A stretch of DNA of 64,000 bases from Nitrospirota bacterium (GCA_963754875.1 CAVWHO010000016.1:512001-576000); one strand, 5' to 3'. Counted from the first letter of the stretch, positions 20,047 through 30,563 are shown. Made by a program: numbers and translations. The notes: a model not told the origin generated them from the sequence alone.

Positions 20047-20673
20047 AGAAATCCTCATAAGAGGCCATATTGACATGGATCCTGTCATGCGTAGAAAAAC
20101 ACTGAAATCTTATGCTAGCGACGAATAGAAAAAATCTCTGATCATGTCGGCAAATGCCTAAAGTGATGCGCCGTGAGCAGGAAGGCTTTTTTGACGAGTC
20201 ATGAGGTCCAACCCACGAATATCAGGATGATCAATCGTCCCGTATACGTCCCTTCTCTGATTATGCCCTGCAGTAATAAGTAATATCACCCTTTTAAAAA
20301 GAGGCAGGGAACACTATTTTCTCTTTGACAACTGTCAGCCATATCAGTTTTTTGGTCCCACGGCCTTGAGTGAAAAATGCAATGTTTCAACCAGAAGTCC
20401 GGAGCATTTTCGACGGCCCCGCAGTGCAACCTTGTAGGTGCTCCTCGGAGTGACAGGATCTTTAGTGAGGTCACGAATACCAGTTGAAGTTTACAGCAGG
20501 ATTTCCTTCCTAAAAACAGCACTCGAACCTTTACGGCCGATTGTGTATGTTACATGCAGAAACGAGGATGGACTTAACGGTTGAATCTGTGATTCGATAA
20601 TGTCTTGCCAACATTCTCCCAATAGGCTATAGTCGTCCTTGCTTGATCAATCTTCTTCACTGGAGGGAAATTC

Positions 20674-20961
20674 ATGGCAAAAGCAATGACGAAATCGCAG
20701 CTGATAACAAAAATCGCCGAAAAGGCATCTCTTTCAAAGAAAGCAGCCGGTGAAATATTAAACTTCATCGCTGAAACAGCCTACAAGGAAGCAAAGAATT
20801 CGTTCACGCTTCCGGGACTCGGCAAGCTCGTTCTCGTTCAGCGTAAAGCCCGGATGGGCAGAAATCCTGCAACAGGCGAGACCATCAAGATCAAGGCAAA
20901 GAAGGTGGTCAAGTTTCGAGTTGCCAAAGCCGCCAAGGATGCTATTCTCGGCGCAAAGTAA
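20674..20961 (+). CDS. hup: HU-family DNA-binding protein
   Basis: MTKSQLI, LPGLGK, RKARMGRNPATGE. Confidence 0.92.
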   Translation: MAKAMTKSQLITKIAEKASLSKKAAGEILNFIAETAYKEAKNSFTLPGLGKLVLVQRKARMGRNPATGETIKIKAKKVVKFRVAKAAKDAILGAK

Positions 20962-20989
20962 TCAGTACTTTCCGCTCTCGACATACATC

Positions 20990-21022
20990 AGGCCCATTCC
21001 TCACCGAGTGGGCTTTTCTTTT
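20990..21022 (+). terminator. Intrinsic terminator
   Basis: GCCCATTC-loop-GAGTGGGC followed by a T-rich tract. Confidence 0.75.
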
Positions 21023-21118
21023 CCCTGAACAAGAAACCGTGGTATCGAAGACAGAGCCCTACCACAATCTATAGAAGGTCACTACATCGGAGAATCTCGA
21101 TAAAAAGGAGAACTCATC

Positions 21119-21439
21119 ATGAAACCATCGATCATCTTGTGCATCGTAGCATCATTTGCCTTTTCTGCCGTAGCGTTCGCGGAACCCGCGCAAGGGGGTA
21201 AAGACCATGCGCCAGGGCCGTGCAAACAAATCGAGAAAGCTTGCTTGGACGCGGGCTTCATCAAAGGAGCTTGGAAGAAGGGTGACGGCCTGTGGCGCGA
21301 CTGTGTCGGTCCCATCATGCAGGGAAAAACAACGGTGCCAGGCGCCACGAAGGCACTGCCATCGGTGGATGCAGGTGTTGTAGCAGCCTGTAAGGCAAAA
21401 CATCCGAAGTTTGGCGAAGGTAAAGTCGGCTCGAAATAA
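21119..21439 (+). CDS. Small secreted hypothetical protein with 4 Cys in the mature part
   Basis: AAGGAG RBS; signal peptide ending AFA. Confidence 0.75.
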   Translation: MKPSIILCIVASFAFSAVAFAEPAQGGKDHAPGPCKQIEKACLDAGFIKGAWKKGDGLWRDCVGPIMQGKTTVPGATKALPSVDAGVVAACKAKHPKFGEGKVGSK

Positions 21440-21769
21440 GTGACGAGCGCCGCTTACCACCGGTGAAATGTATAGCTTTTACATATCGGTTTCAAAACGA
21501 GATTCAAAAAGTAATTAACACCTTGTATATTATTAGAAATGCATAGTCATAGGGCTATGCCCTTTTTTTATTTTCACGAGTGCATATAATGATTCTGCTG
21601 ATATTCTGGACCTCCTGTTCAATTACCGTTATTGCAACCTCGTAGGTGTACAAAGCTTTATTTTGGTCGGACTGCATGCTTTATTTCACAATGAAGTATG
21701 TCATCCAATAAAACGCCTGCGACCTCAATTAACCGATCTTATCCTTCAATATGTATGCTTTGAGCGTCA

Positions 21770-23008
21770 TCAGCCACTTCGTCTTACCAGAGAATCCGTC
21801 CTCGCGAGCTGCGGAAAAAGGTGCATCGAAATTATCACGACGACGATCGTGCCGATGCCGCCGATCAGTACGGCAGGAACGACGCCGAACCAGGCGGCGG
21901 TCACGCCTGACTCGAACTCGCCAAGCTGGTTCGATGTCCCGATGAACATCGAGTTCACAGCACTTACCCTCCCCCGCATCTCATCCGGCGTCTCGATCTG
22001 GACGAGCGAATGCCGGATCACGACGCTGATCACGTCCGCAGCGCCGAGTACGGCGAGCGAGAAGAGAGACAGGGAGAACGAGGTCGAGAGGCCGAAGACG
22101 ATAGTGGCGATTCCAAAGATGGTCACGGCGCCGAACATGGTCCTTCCGACCCGGCGCTGCAGCGGGTGGCCTGCGAGGAAGAGTGACATGGCCAGCGCGC
22201 CGACAGCAGGCGCTGAGCGCAGCAAACCCAAACCCCACGGCCCGGTCATCAGAATGTCCCGGGCATAGATCGGCAGCAGCGCCGTCGCCCCGCCGAGCAG
22301 CACGGCAAAGAGGTCGAGGGATATAGCGCCGAGAATGTCCGGACGGCTGCGGATGAAGGCGATGCCGGCGAACACCGACTTGAGGCTCGTGGGCTCGCGT
22401 TTTGTATCCAGACGCTCGACACGGATTAGCGCAAGGAAGAGGCTCGCTGCCAGGAACAGGGCGCCGGCTGTTTCGTAAACGGCAGCCGCACCAGCAACAT
22501 ACAAAATCCCGCCAAGAGCGGGACCGAGAATGCTCGCCGTCTGCATGGCCGACGCGGACCACGCGGCAACGCGCGGGAAGAGCTGAGTTGGAACCAGTCC
22601 CGGCAGGAGCGCCTGCATCGTAGGCCCTTCGAAGGCGTGCACCGCTCCCACGATGAACATGATGATGAGGATGCTCTCTTTGCTCTGCCAGCCGCTGTAG
22701 CTTCCCCATGCCAGCACGAGCGCAGCTATTCCCTCGACGACCTGGCAGAGGCGTGCTATGTTGCGCCGATCATAGCGGTCCGCGACATGCCCTACGGCAA
22801 GGGTCAAAAGAAACATTGGCAGAAACTGCGCCAAGCCGACCAAGCCGAGGTACAGCGGGCTGTTCGTGAGGGCGTATATCTGCCACCCCACGGCGACCGC
22901 TTGCATCTGGAAGGCGAGCATGGTCGACACCCGGGCGCACCAGAAGAACGCAAAGGTCTTGTGGCGCAGCATTGACGCTGCGGGAGTGGCAGGGGAAGAC
23001 GGATTCAT
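21770..23008 (-). CDS. MFS transporter (EntS/MFS_3-like)
   Basis: VAVGWQIY, GHVADRYDRR, LDLFAVLLGG, RGRVSAVN, SNQLGEFESG. Confidence 0.88.
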   Translation of the reverse strand: MNPSSPATPAASMLRHKTFAFFWCARVSTMLAFQMQAVAVGWQIYALTNSPLYLGLVGLAQFLPMFLLTLAVGHVADRYDRRNIARLCQVVEGIAALVLAWGSYSGWQSKESILIIMFIVGAVHAFEGPTMQALLPGLVPTQLFPRVAAWSASAMQTASILGPALGGILYVAGAAAVYETAGALFLAASLFLALIRVERLDTKREPTSLKSVFAGIAFIRSRPDILGAISLDLFAVLLGGATALLPIYARDILMTGPWGLGLLRSAPAVGALAMSLFLAGHPLQRRVGRTMFGAVTIFGIATIVFGLSTSFSLSLFSLAVLGAADVISVVIRHSLVQIETPDEMRGRVSAVNSMFIGTSNQLGEFESGVTAAWFGVVPAVLIGGIGTIVVVIISMHLFPQLARTDSLVRRSG

Positions 23009-23012
23009 GGAC

Positions 23013-23243
23013 TTATCTGTTATATATTTTTCTGGTCACGACTTCGAGGATGTAATCGTATCCTTCTTCGGTATGGGGGATAATGCAGTTGGAACAGTCC
23101 TTGACGCCTTTTTTCATGCTGAAATCACCGTCGCAGTCGAGCAAATAGAGCGGACACCAGCAAAAAAGACATGACTTCCATTCTGTAAGCTCATGGCACG
23201 GAAAATAACTGCAGTCCTGATGGACGAAATACCGATGGTTCAT
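23013..23243 (-). CDS. Cysteine-rich small domain protein (zf-like)
   Basis: CSYFPCH..CLFCWCPLY..C..KDCSNCIIPH; GGAGGAG RBS before ATG 23243. Confidence 0.85.
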   Translation of the reverse strand: MNHRYFVHQDCSYFPCHELTEWKSCLFCWCPLYLLDCDGDFSMKKGVKDCSNCIIPHTEEGYDYILEVVTRKIYNR

Positions 23244-23271
23244 TCTGTAACTCCTCCCGCGGGAATTTTGC

Positions 23272-23440
23272 TGTTCCAGGTCTTCCGGCTTGGGGCCCAA
23301 ACCTACTCACCCGCCTTCCCATCATGATGTTACTCATGACAGTGGCTTGTGTCCGGGCTTTCGTTCCCTTCACGGCTGCGGGGCAGCGGGAGATTCTCAC
23401 TCCTCTTCCCTGACTTCGTTGATTTGAAAAAAAATTACTC
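23272..23440 (-). ncRNA. Cobalamin (B12) riboswitch
   Basis: Minus strand reads AGGGAA..GTGAGAATC..CTGCCCCGCAGCCGTGA..GCCACTG..GGGAAGG..AGCCGGAAGACCTG (B12 box), ending about 30 nt before the start codon. The 5' boundary is approximate. Confidence 0.93.
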
Positions 23441-23606
23441 CAATGCGAGCTTCACGTCACTCCTTTCGACGTTCTTCGAGTAACGCCGAGTATACACTCT
23501 TGGAATTTTTTTTCAAGTAGCGAACTGACTGTCGTGCCGGACGTGACAGGCCGGATTTTTGGCACTGCCTGCCGGGCAAACGATGACGTTCCCGGCCGGT
23601 TTCATG

Positions 23607-23635
23607 TTGACAACCGGTCGTCATTTTGTTAGAGT
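23607..23635 (+). promoter_or_regulatory. Sigma70 promoter for the PFK gene
   Basis: TTGACA-N17-TAGAGT, preceded by TGt (extended -10). Confidence 0.6.
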
Positions 23636-23699
23636 TGCGCGGTGCGCAAACAGGCGCAGCGATACAATCAATAGATTTTGAAACTATTGGGAGGCGGTT

Positions 23700-24932
23700 A
23701 TGGCGGGTAAGCTTGCAGTCGTAGTCGGTGGAGGCCCGGCCCCGGGCATTAACGGTGTGATCAGCGCCGTGACGTTCGAGGCGGTGAAGCAGGGGCTGGA
23801 GGTGGTCGGCATTTATGACGGTTTCAAGTGGCTGTCAAAAGGCGACTCTTCCCAGATTCTGAATCTTCATCCTGACGATATATCGCGCATCCACACGCGC
23901 GGCGGGTCTCTGATCCGCACGTCGCGCGAGAACCCCACGAAAGACCCGGCCAAGATGGCCAATGTCATCAAGGCGCTGACCAAGCTCGGCGTCAAATATC
24001 TCGTGACCATCGGCGGAGACGATACGGCCTTCACCTCGACGCGCGTCGAACAGGAAGCGAAGGGCGCAATCTCGGTCTGCCACGTGCCGAAAACCATCGA
24101 CAACGACCTTCCGCTCCCCCACGGGGTGCCGACCTTCGGGTTCGAGACTGCCCGGCAGATGGGGGCGCAGCTCGTCGAAAACCTGATGGAGGACTCGCAG
24201 ACCGCGTTCCGCTGGTATTTCGTCGTGGCCATGGGCCGCTCCGCCGGCCACCTTGCGCTCGGCATGGGCATGGGCGCAGGCGCCACGCTCACCCTCATCC
24301 CCGAGGAGCTGGGCAATAAGATTTCACTCAACAAGGTCGTGGCGATCCTGACCGCGGCCATCGTAAAACGCGCTGCTTTGGGCAGGGCGCACGGCGTCGC
24401 GGTGATCGCCGAGGGCGTTGCCACCCGGTTCGATCCCGAGGAGCTCACGTTCATGAAAGACGTGCCGCGCGACGAGCACGGCAACATCCGTCTGGCCGAG
24501 GTGCCGCTCGGCGATATGCTGAAGCAGCGCGTGACCGCCGAGTTGAACGAAATCGGGCTCAAGACCACGATCATCGCCAAGGACATCGGCTACGAGCTGC
24601 GCTGCCAGCCGCCGACTTCTAATGACCGCGAGTACACGCGTTATCTGGGCTTCAGCGCTGTTCGGTTCCTGGTGGGCGGCGGTTCGGGCGCCATGATCAT
24701 GCTGAAGGACGGCGTTTGCCACCCGATCAAATTCCACGACCTCCTCGATCCCAAGACGGGAAAGACGAGGATCCGAACCGTGGACATCAATTCAGACGAT
24801 TACCATATGGCGCGGCGCTACATGATCAGGCTGGAGAAGGAAGATCTCGAGGGTGAGTCCTTGAAAAAACTCGCTGGAGTGACGAAACTTTCCCCTGATG
24901 AATTTAAGAAGAGATATTGCATAGCAGTGTAG
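23700..24932 (+). CDS. pfp: Phosphofructokinase, PPi-dependent type
   Basis: GGGPAPGIN, GGDDT (Asp indicates PPi use), PKTIDND, MGR, GYELRC. Confidence 0.87.
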   Translation: MAGKLAVVVGGGPAPGINGVISAVTFEAVKQGLEVVGIYDGFKWLSKGDSSQILNLHPDDISRIHTRGGSLIRTSRENPTKDPAKMANVIKALTKLGVKYLVTIGGDDTAFTSTRVEQEAKGAISVCHVPKTIDNDLPLPHGVPTFGFETARQMGAQLVENLMEDSQTAFRWYFVVAMGRSAGHLALGMGMGAGATLTLIPEELGNKISLNKVVAILTAAIVKRAALGRAHGVAVIAEGVATRFDPEELTFMKDVPRDEHGNIRLAEVPLGDMLKQRVTAELNEIGLKTTIIAKDIGYELRCQPPTSNDREYTRYLGFSAVRFLVGGGSGAMIMLKDGVCHPIKFHDLLDPKTGKTRIRTVDINSDDYHMARRYMIRLEKEDLEGESLKKLAGVTKLSPDEFKKRYCIAV

Positions 24933-24957
24933 GATTTGCTTGAACGGCCAAGGGAAG

Positions 24958-24992
24958 AAAGAGGGACAGCTGCTCAGCGGCTGTCCCTCTTT
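24958..24992. terminator. Bidirectional terminator
   Basis: AAAGAGGGACAGC / GCTGTCCCTCTTT perfect inverted repeat between convergent genes. Confidence 0.85.
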
Positions 24993-24996
24993 TGTT

Positions 24997-25278
24997 TTAA
25001 AGCGGAAACCTTCTCTCCCGGGCGATATTCCGCAGGATGATCATGGCGTTGTGCAGACGCTGAAGTTTCATGTTCCTCGTCCGCAGTGCCGCCTGGTTGC
25101 TCAGCTCAATCTTTTCATTCCGCGTCGCAGTGAGTGCCCTGTTCAGGTTTTCGTACAGTTCCTTGATCATGTCCTTGTCGAATTTCTTAAGGAACAGCGG
25201 GTTCACCGAAACGTAGCCTTCTGCCACGTCGAAGGCCACCGACTTCATGCTCTTGCCTCTAAATCCGCTCTCTGCCAT
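24997..25278 (-). CDS. Hypothetical protein
   Basis: AGGAG RBS; ends at the terminator; probable operon with the upstream gene. Confidence 0.7.
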   Translation of the reverse strand: MAESGFRGKSMKSVAFDVAEGYVSVNPLFLKKFDKDMIKELYENLNRALTATRNEKIELSNQAALRTRNMKLQRLHNAMIILRNIARERRFPL

Positions 25279-25286
25279 GGCCGCTC

Positions 25287-25841
25287 CTACGTCATCCCGC
25301 AGGATTTGATCGTTTTCTCCAGAAGTTCCTGCTTCTTCCGCACCACGTCCAGCTGCCTTTCAATATCTGCGTGGCTGGCGCCTCTGCTGAATTTGTCCTG
25401 GAGCGCCGCTAGATCCGCAGAGAGCTCCCGCGAAGTGTCCTGGAGCAGGGCTTGAGAATTCCTGTGATTCTCACATAGTCGCGTGATTACCATGACCAGT
25501 TCCTTGAGCACCGGATCGTCCGACTCCCGGAGCCGCAGCGACACGTTCACATCTCCGCAGGAAATGTGTTCGAGTGCCCTGCGAATGCGTATGAGGGGAC
25601 CGACAAACGTATGGGAGTACAAGATACCGACAATGCCGATGAAAACCAGGAGCGTGATCAGTGCGATGGGGAGAAAGATGGGCAATTGGACGATTTCTGC
25701 AATTTTTTGAAATACTCGAAGCAGGATCGTGTAAGATATCAAAAGCAAGATGAGAAATACTATGAAACGGAACTGTGAACCCGAAGAGATCGGATGGTTC
25801 TTGCCTCGGCCCATAATGTGTCTTTTCACAATTTTTTGCAT
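25287..25841 (-). CDS. Membrane protein with 2 TM, HAMP-like linker and coiled coil
   Basis: SHTFVGPLIRI..GD..LRLRESD HAMP-like pattern. Confidence 0.7.
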   Translation of the reverse strand: MQKIVKRHIMGRGKNHPISSGSQFRFIVFLILLLISYTILLRVFQKIAEIVQLPIFLPIALITLLVFIGIVGILYSHTFVGPLIRIRRALEHISCGDVNVSLRLRESDDPVLKELVMVITRLCENHRNSQALLQDTSRELSADLAALQDKFSRGASHADIERQLDVVRKKQELLEKTIKSCGMT

Positions 25842-26089
25842 ACGTGTTCCTCGGTTGCTCCCGGGAGGTGCAGACTTTATCCCTACAGTTTATTTTCGGA
25901 CTTTTTCAAGGGTGCGTGATGTTGTCAACCTGGAAGACAGCGCCGTCACCGGCGAAATTATCGCACCGGCCGGTATGATTGCGAATGTATTGATTATACC
26001 GGCATTTTGGTATGGCGGTCAAGACCAAAGCAAAATATTTATGTCCAAATTTACTTGAAGTCCCCTGTTCGCTGTGGTACAGTTTTCTC

Positions 26090-27079
26090 ATGCCTCTGAT
26101 CGACATACATAAACGGCGCATCGATTATTTGCGGATTTCGGTCACGGACCGGTGCAACCTGTCCTGCGTCTATTGCAAGCCGAGGAGCGAAATGAAGATG
26201 CTGTCCCATGCTGATATCCTCACCTACGAGGAGATTCTGCGGCTTGTCTCGGTCGCCGTTCCCCTCGGTATATCCAGGGTCCGGGTGACCGGCGGGGAGC
26301 CCCTGACCAGGCGTGGTGTCGTCGATTTCCTGGCCGCGTTAAAACGCATCGCCGGACTGGACGATATCAGCTTGACGACCAACGGCGTTTTTCTTCCCCC
26401 TATGGCAGAAGACCTTGCACGCGCCGGCATGCCGCGGCTCAATATCAGCCTCGATTCGTTGGACGCAAAGAAATTTCTTCAAATCACGGGCAGCGACTCC
26501 TGGGACAAGGTCTGGCGCGGCATCGACCGAGCCGAGGAGCTCGGTTTCTTCCCGCTGAAGCTCAATATGGTGCCCGTTAAAGGATTAAATGATGACGAGA
26601 TTGCAGACTTTGCGCGGCTCACGCTCGGGCGGCGGCTCCATGTCCGTTTTATCGAGTTCATGCCCATTGGCTCAAAAGACCGATGGAGCCGTGATTCGTG
26701 CGTGCCGTCCGAGGAGGTGCGTTCGATCATCGAGCGCGAATTCGGCGCACTCGTTCCGGTTTCTTCGGGAAACTCCGGCGGCCCGTCGTCTAACTTCACG
26801 GTGCCCGGCGCAAAGGGGGTCATCGGCTTCATCAGCCCTATCACCCGTCACTTCTGCGACTCCTGCCGCAGGTTGCGGCTTACGGCGGACGGCAAGATCA
26901 GACCCTGCCTTCTTTCGGACACGGAGATCGACATTAAGTCTCCTCTGCGGGGTGGATGTGATGACAGGGAACTGGAGCGACTCCTAAGGCTGTCGCTTGA
27001 AATCAAGCCTGAGCGGCATTATATCAATGAAACTTCTGACACCTGTTTTCAGCGGACCATGTCGAAAATCGGGGGATGA
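26090..27079 (+). CDS. moaA: GTP 3',8-cyclase
   Basis: [32 protein letters not shown]-terminal MSKIGG. Confidence 0.96.
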   Translation: MPLIDIHKRRIDYLRISVTDRCNLSCVYCKPRSEMKMLSHADILTYEEILRLVSVAVPLGISRVRVTGGEPLTRRGVVDFLAALKRIAGLDDISLTTNGVFLPPMAEDLARAGMPRLNISLDSLDAKKFLQITGSDSWDKVWRGIDRAEELGFFPLKLNMVPVKGLNDDEIADFARLTLGRRLHVRFIEFMPIGSKDRWSRDSCVPSEEVRSIIEREFGALVPVSSGNSGGPSSNFTVPGAKGVIGFISPITRHFCDSCRRLRLTADGKIRPCLLSDTEIDIKSPLRGGCDDRELERLLRLSLEIKPERHYINETSDTCFQRTMSKIGG

Positions 27080-27591
27080 ACAGAGATGACGGGAAGTGCA
27101 TCGTGACGAACAAACTCAGTCACTTCGACGAGCAGGGCGCCGCCCGCATGGTGGATGTCTCGACAAAAGACGAAACAGTTCGTGAGGCAGTCGCAGAAGG
27201 ACGGGTCATGATGCTTCCCGGAACGCTTTCGCTCATCGTTGACCGCAAAGTCGCCAAGGGGGATGTGTTCGGCGTCGCCCGGCTGGCGGCTATCATGGCG
27301 GCCAAGAAGACCTCTGAGCTGATTCCCCTCTGCCATCCCCTCGCACTTTCATCCGTGGCGATCGACCTGCAACCTGACAAAACGGAATCCTGTGTCCGCA
27401 TTCGCGCAACCGTCAGGACAACGGGAAGGACCGGGGTGGAAATGGAAGCATTGACCGCTGTTTCCGCAGCGGGCCTTACGATCTATGATATGTGCAAGTC
27501 CGTGGACCGGGAAATGACGATCGAAGGCGTACGGCTCATGATGAAATCAGGCGGAAAGAGCGGCACTTTTGAACGAAAAGCAATCTCCTGA
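27076..27591 (+). CDS. moaC: Cyclic pyranopterin monophosphate synthase
   Basis: [32 protein letters not shown]. Confidence 0.96.
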   Translation: MNRDDGKCIVTNKLSHFDEQGAARMVDVSTKDETVREAVAEGRVMMLPGTLSLIVDRKVAKGDVFGVARLAAIMAAKKTSELIPLCHPLALSSVAIDLQPDKTESCVRIRATVRTTGRTGVEMEALTAVSAAGLTIYDMCKSVDREMTIEGVRLMMKSGGKSGTFERKAIS

Positions 27592-28040
27592 CCTTTTCGC
27601 ATGTTCTATCTCAAACTTCATTGATATACGAATCATTGCCACGGGAATTTTGCTCTTCGTTCGCATTAAAGTTAAAAAAACCATCACAACAGCGCCTTCC
27701 GAAGAAACCCTATCCGAAATTGTTGAGAGTGCCCCTCAGGATCTCTTCCCGCACGCTATGATTCGCACGATTTTTGACTCTTCACAATCTGTCTGCCCAG
27801 CAGAGTCCGCCCTGCAATTCTAAAGCTCGCCCTACTGAGTACAAAGTCGCATTTTTTAGACATATGACCGGCGATAAGGTCGAGGTTTACCCTGACTAAA
27901 GTACAATTGACTAGATATGAATATGTTGCTACGTTTATATTAATCTTGGTATTGCTTTAAGCTCATTACGAGAGTCTGTTCGATCAGGAGAACGGTTAAA
28001 GCAAGGGACGATAAATTGTAAACAAGAAAGGAGAAAACCC

Positions 28041-28343
28041 ATGATAACATATGTTCTTGTTCGTCATAAAGTGAAAGACTTTACGGCATGGAAGCAGGCC
28101 TACGAAACCCACCTCCCGAAGCGAGTCGAGGCAGGTTTGACCGAGACATACCTGTTCCGAAGCGCCGATAATCCCAATGAGGTTGTCATTCTGTTTGAGG
28201 CCAAGGATCTTGATCGGGCAAAAGCGTTCGCAGAGTCCCCGGACCTGCGCGAGACTATGATGAAGGCAGGTGTCGTGGATAAGCCAGACATTTACTTCCT
28301 CAATGACCAGTATAGCGCTCTCAAGGCAGTTTCCGGTTTTTAG
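28041..28343 (+). CDS. Small dimeric alpha/beta-barrel (cyclase/ABM-like) protein
   Basis: VRHKVKDF..WK, DNPNEVVILFE, MMKAGV; AAGGAG RBS. Confidence 0.7.
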   Translation: MITYVLVRHKVKDFTAWKQAYETHLPKRVEAGLTETYLFRSADNPNEVVILFEAKDLDRAKAFAESPDLRETMMKAGVVDKPDIYFLNDQYSALKAVSGF

Positions 28344-28685
28344 TGTGGCCGAACCGGGAAAGCAAATGCTTCAACGGGCATGAGCGGCGGTAAAGAAGTT
28401 GTCTGGAATGTTTTTTAGCGGGGTTGGGTACGTCTCTCAAATCTTTCCGGTCATCAATTCCGTGGCGAGCGTGCTACACTAGAGATATAATCAGCATGGA
28501 TTCTGGCCTATTTAGAAAGGGGCAATGATGCCCGCTCATGGAGCGGCGTTCCCCACGCCAAAGGCGGGCAGAGCTGTTCCCAAGCCAAGCGGTAGGCAGT
28601 GGGTTAAAGAAGTTCATGTCAATAATTAATTGCGGTCTCTGCTGACCGGAAGCCACAAGGCATGGACAGTGGAAGGAGGTTTTCC

Positions 28686-29498
28686 ATGAATGCGCAACAA
28701 CAAACTATGCGACAGCCGTTCCTGTCGCAATGGACCTTTGCGGACCGTATCGCGGAAGTCGGCGTCGGTCTGGCCGTCCTTGCAGGCGTCGCAGCAATTC
28801 TTTCTGGTCTCGGGACCCGGTGGGGATGGTGGTACTACATGACCGGGCTTACCCTGTTGAGGGTCGCTGCGATAAGCGGCATTGTGTCGGCAATCGTTTC
28901 CCTGGCCGGCGGTGTACTTGCGCGGCACGAGCACCGTGGTATGATATTTTTTGCAGCAGCCGCAGGCATCCTGGTCGGGCTGCTTACTGCCGGTATCCCC
29001 TGGTCGTGGGCGCACCGGGCTGAACAAATGCCGCTGATCCACGACATATCGACGGACATGATGAATCCGCCGCAGTTTAAGGCCATCATGCCGCTCAGGG
29101 CCGACGCGGAGAATCCTGCCGTATATAAGGGACCGGAAACCGCATCGCAACAAATGAGCGCGTACCCGGACATCCGGCCTCTCGTGCTTTCCAGTTCTCC
29201 GGCAACGGCCTTTGACACGGCACTTGCCACTGCAAAAAATATGGGCTGGCAAATCGTAGACAGTAATGCTAAGGAAGGACGGATCGAGGCAATTGCAACC
29301 ACGTTCTGGTTCGGGTTTAAAGATGACATCGTCGTCCGCGTGACCCCCGGGCTGAAAGGAAGCAGGGTTGATATACGGTCCGCGTCGCGTGTGGGTCTGA
29401 GTGATATCGGCACCAATGCCGACCGTATTCGCACGTTCCTGCAGAAGATGAATGAGGCCGGGGGATCGACCGGCAGCGGCGAAGACGTTGGATATTGA
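28686..29498 (+). CDS. DUF1499-domain membrane protein
   Basis: 3 TM, then PLIHDISTD..PPQF, FGFKDDIVVRV, RSASRVGLSDIGTNA. Confidence 0.85.
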   Translation: MNAQQQTMRQPFLSQWTFADRIAEVGVGLAVLAGVAAILSGLGTRWGWWYYMTGLTLLRVAAISGIVSAIVSLAGGVLARHEHRGMIFFAAAAGILVGLLTAGIPWSWAHRAEQMPLIHDISTDMMNPPQFKAIMPLRADAENPAVYKGPETASQQMSAYPDIRPLVLSSSPATAFDTALATAKNMGWQIVDSNAKEGRIEAIATTFWFGFKDDIVVRVTPGLKGSRVDIRSASRVGLSDIGTNADRIRTFLQKMNEAGGSTGSGEDVGY

Positions 29499-29675
29499 TG
29501 CATGCCAATTTGGCAGGCATCTTCTCGCCTCCGGCGCAAAGGGACGGTGTGGCTGCAGCGTTTCGACTTTGGTTGTGAAGATCAGAGAGCGGGGACGCTG
29601 AAAATACGTCGGTTCCCGCCTCCGTCCCTGTTGCCGTCCTTTTACCGTGAGGTGTTTTTTTCGATTACTCTTTTG

Positions 29676-30563
29676 CTATGTGCTGAAGAGTATATCCAGG
29701 AAGGAAGTCTGGTAAACCGTCATTTTTTTATCCTTTCTGGTGATTACGCAAAGATGCTCAAGCGGAAGCAAATGACCAACCGAAACAAAAGATAAGTTCC
29801 TTTTCTTAAGAACAGCCAGATCTTTTACTATCGAGGCAAAAGAAACACCGAGCCCCATTTCCACGTAGAGAGAGCTTAGTTCAATGTTGGAAGATTCCAT
29901 GATTACAGAATACGGTATGTTCTGCTTACGGAAAAGTGATTCCAGCCTGTTTCTCTGGGGAGCGTCACTTCTGCTCGGTGGCAGGATAAGTGGCGTTTGA
30001 GCGATTTCCGCGAGGGAAATTTTCTTTTTTCCGGATAATGGATGTCCCGCAGGCATCAGTAAGACGGGTTCGACCATTTTCCACCGCCGTTTCTGCAATG
30101 CGCCTGTTACTGCGCTTTCGAGCGCCATGCCCATATCTACGTCGCCGCTCTTGACCAGCTCGACCACCTCTTTCTGCGGCCGGTCAAGGAGGGACAGCTC
30201 GACCCAGGGAAACTGCCTGTGATATTTTTTTATGATCCCGGGAAGCAGATGATAAAGGGTCGTAAAGGGCGCGGCCATTCGTAATCGTCCCCTTTTGAGC
30301 TCCCTATGCTCAGCGATGTCCTCGTGTAACTGGTTGCAGCCCTGAAGCACAGATTCCGCGAATTTGAAGAACCGTTCCCCGAGAGGGGTTACTAGGACCT
30401 GCCTTTTCCCGATCCTTTCCAGTAATTGGCAATCAAACTCCCTTTCGAGGGCCTTGATCTGTTGCGTCAGTGCGGATTGCGTTCTCAAGGTGGCTTCTGC
30501 TGCCCGTGTAAAGCTCTTGAGCCTTGCTACCTGATAGAAACCGATGATCTGCTGCCATTCCAT
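29676..30563 (-). CDS. LysR-family transcriptional regulator
   Basis: HTH SFTRAAE..TQSALTQQIKALE plus substrate-binding domain. Confidence 0.92.
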   Translation of the reverse strand: MEWQQIIGFYQVARLKSFTRAAEATLRTQSALTQQIKALEREFDCQLLERIGKRQVLVTPLGERFFKFAESVLQGCNQLHEDIAEHRELKRGRLRMAAPFTTLYHLLPGIIKKYHRQFPWVELSLLDRPQKEVVELVKSGDVDMGMALESAVTGALQKRRWKMVEPVLLMPAGHPLSGKKKISLAEIAQTPLILPPSRSDAPQRNRLESLFRKQNIPYSVIMESSNIELSSLYVEMGLGVSFASIVKDLAVLKKRNLSFVSVGHLLPLEHLCVITRKDKKMTVYQTSFLDILFST

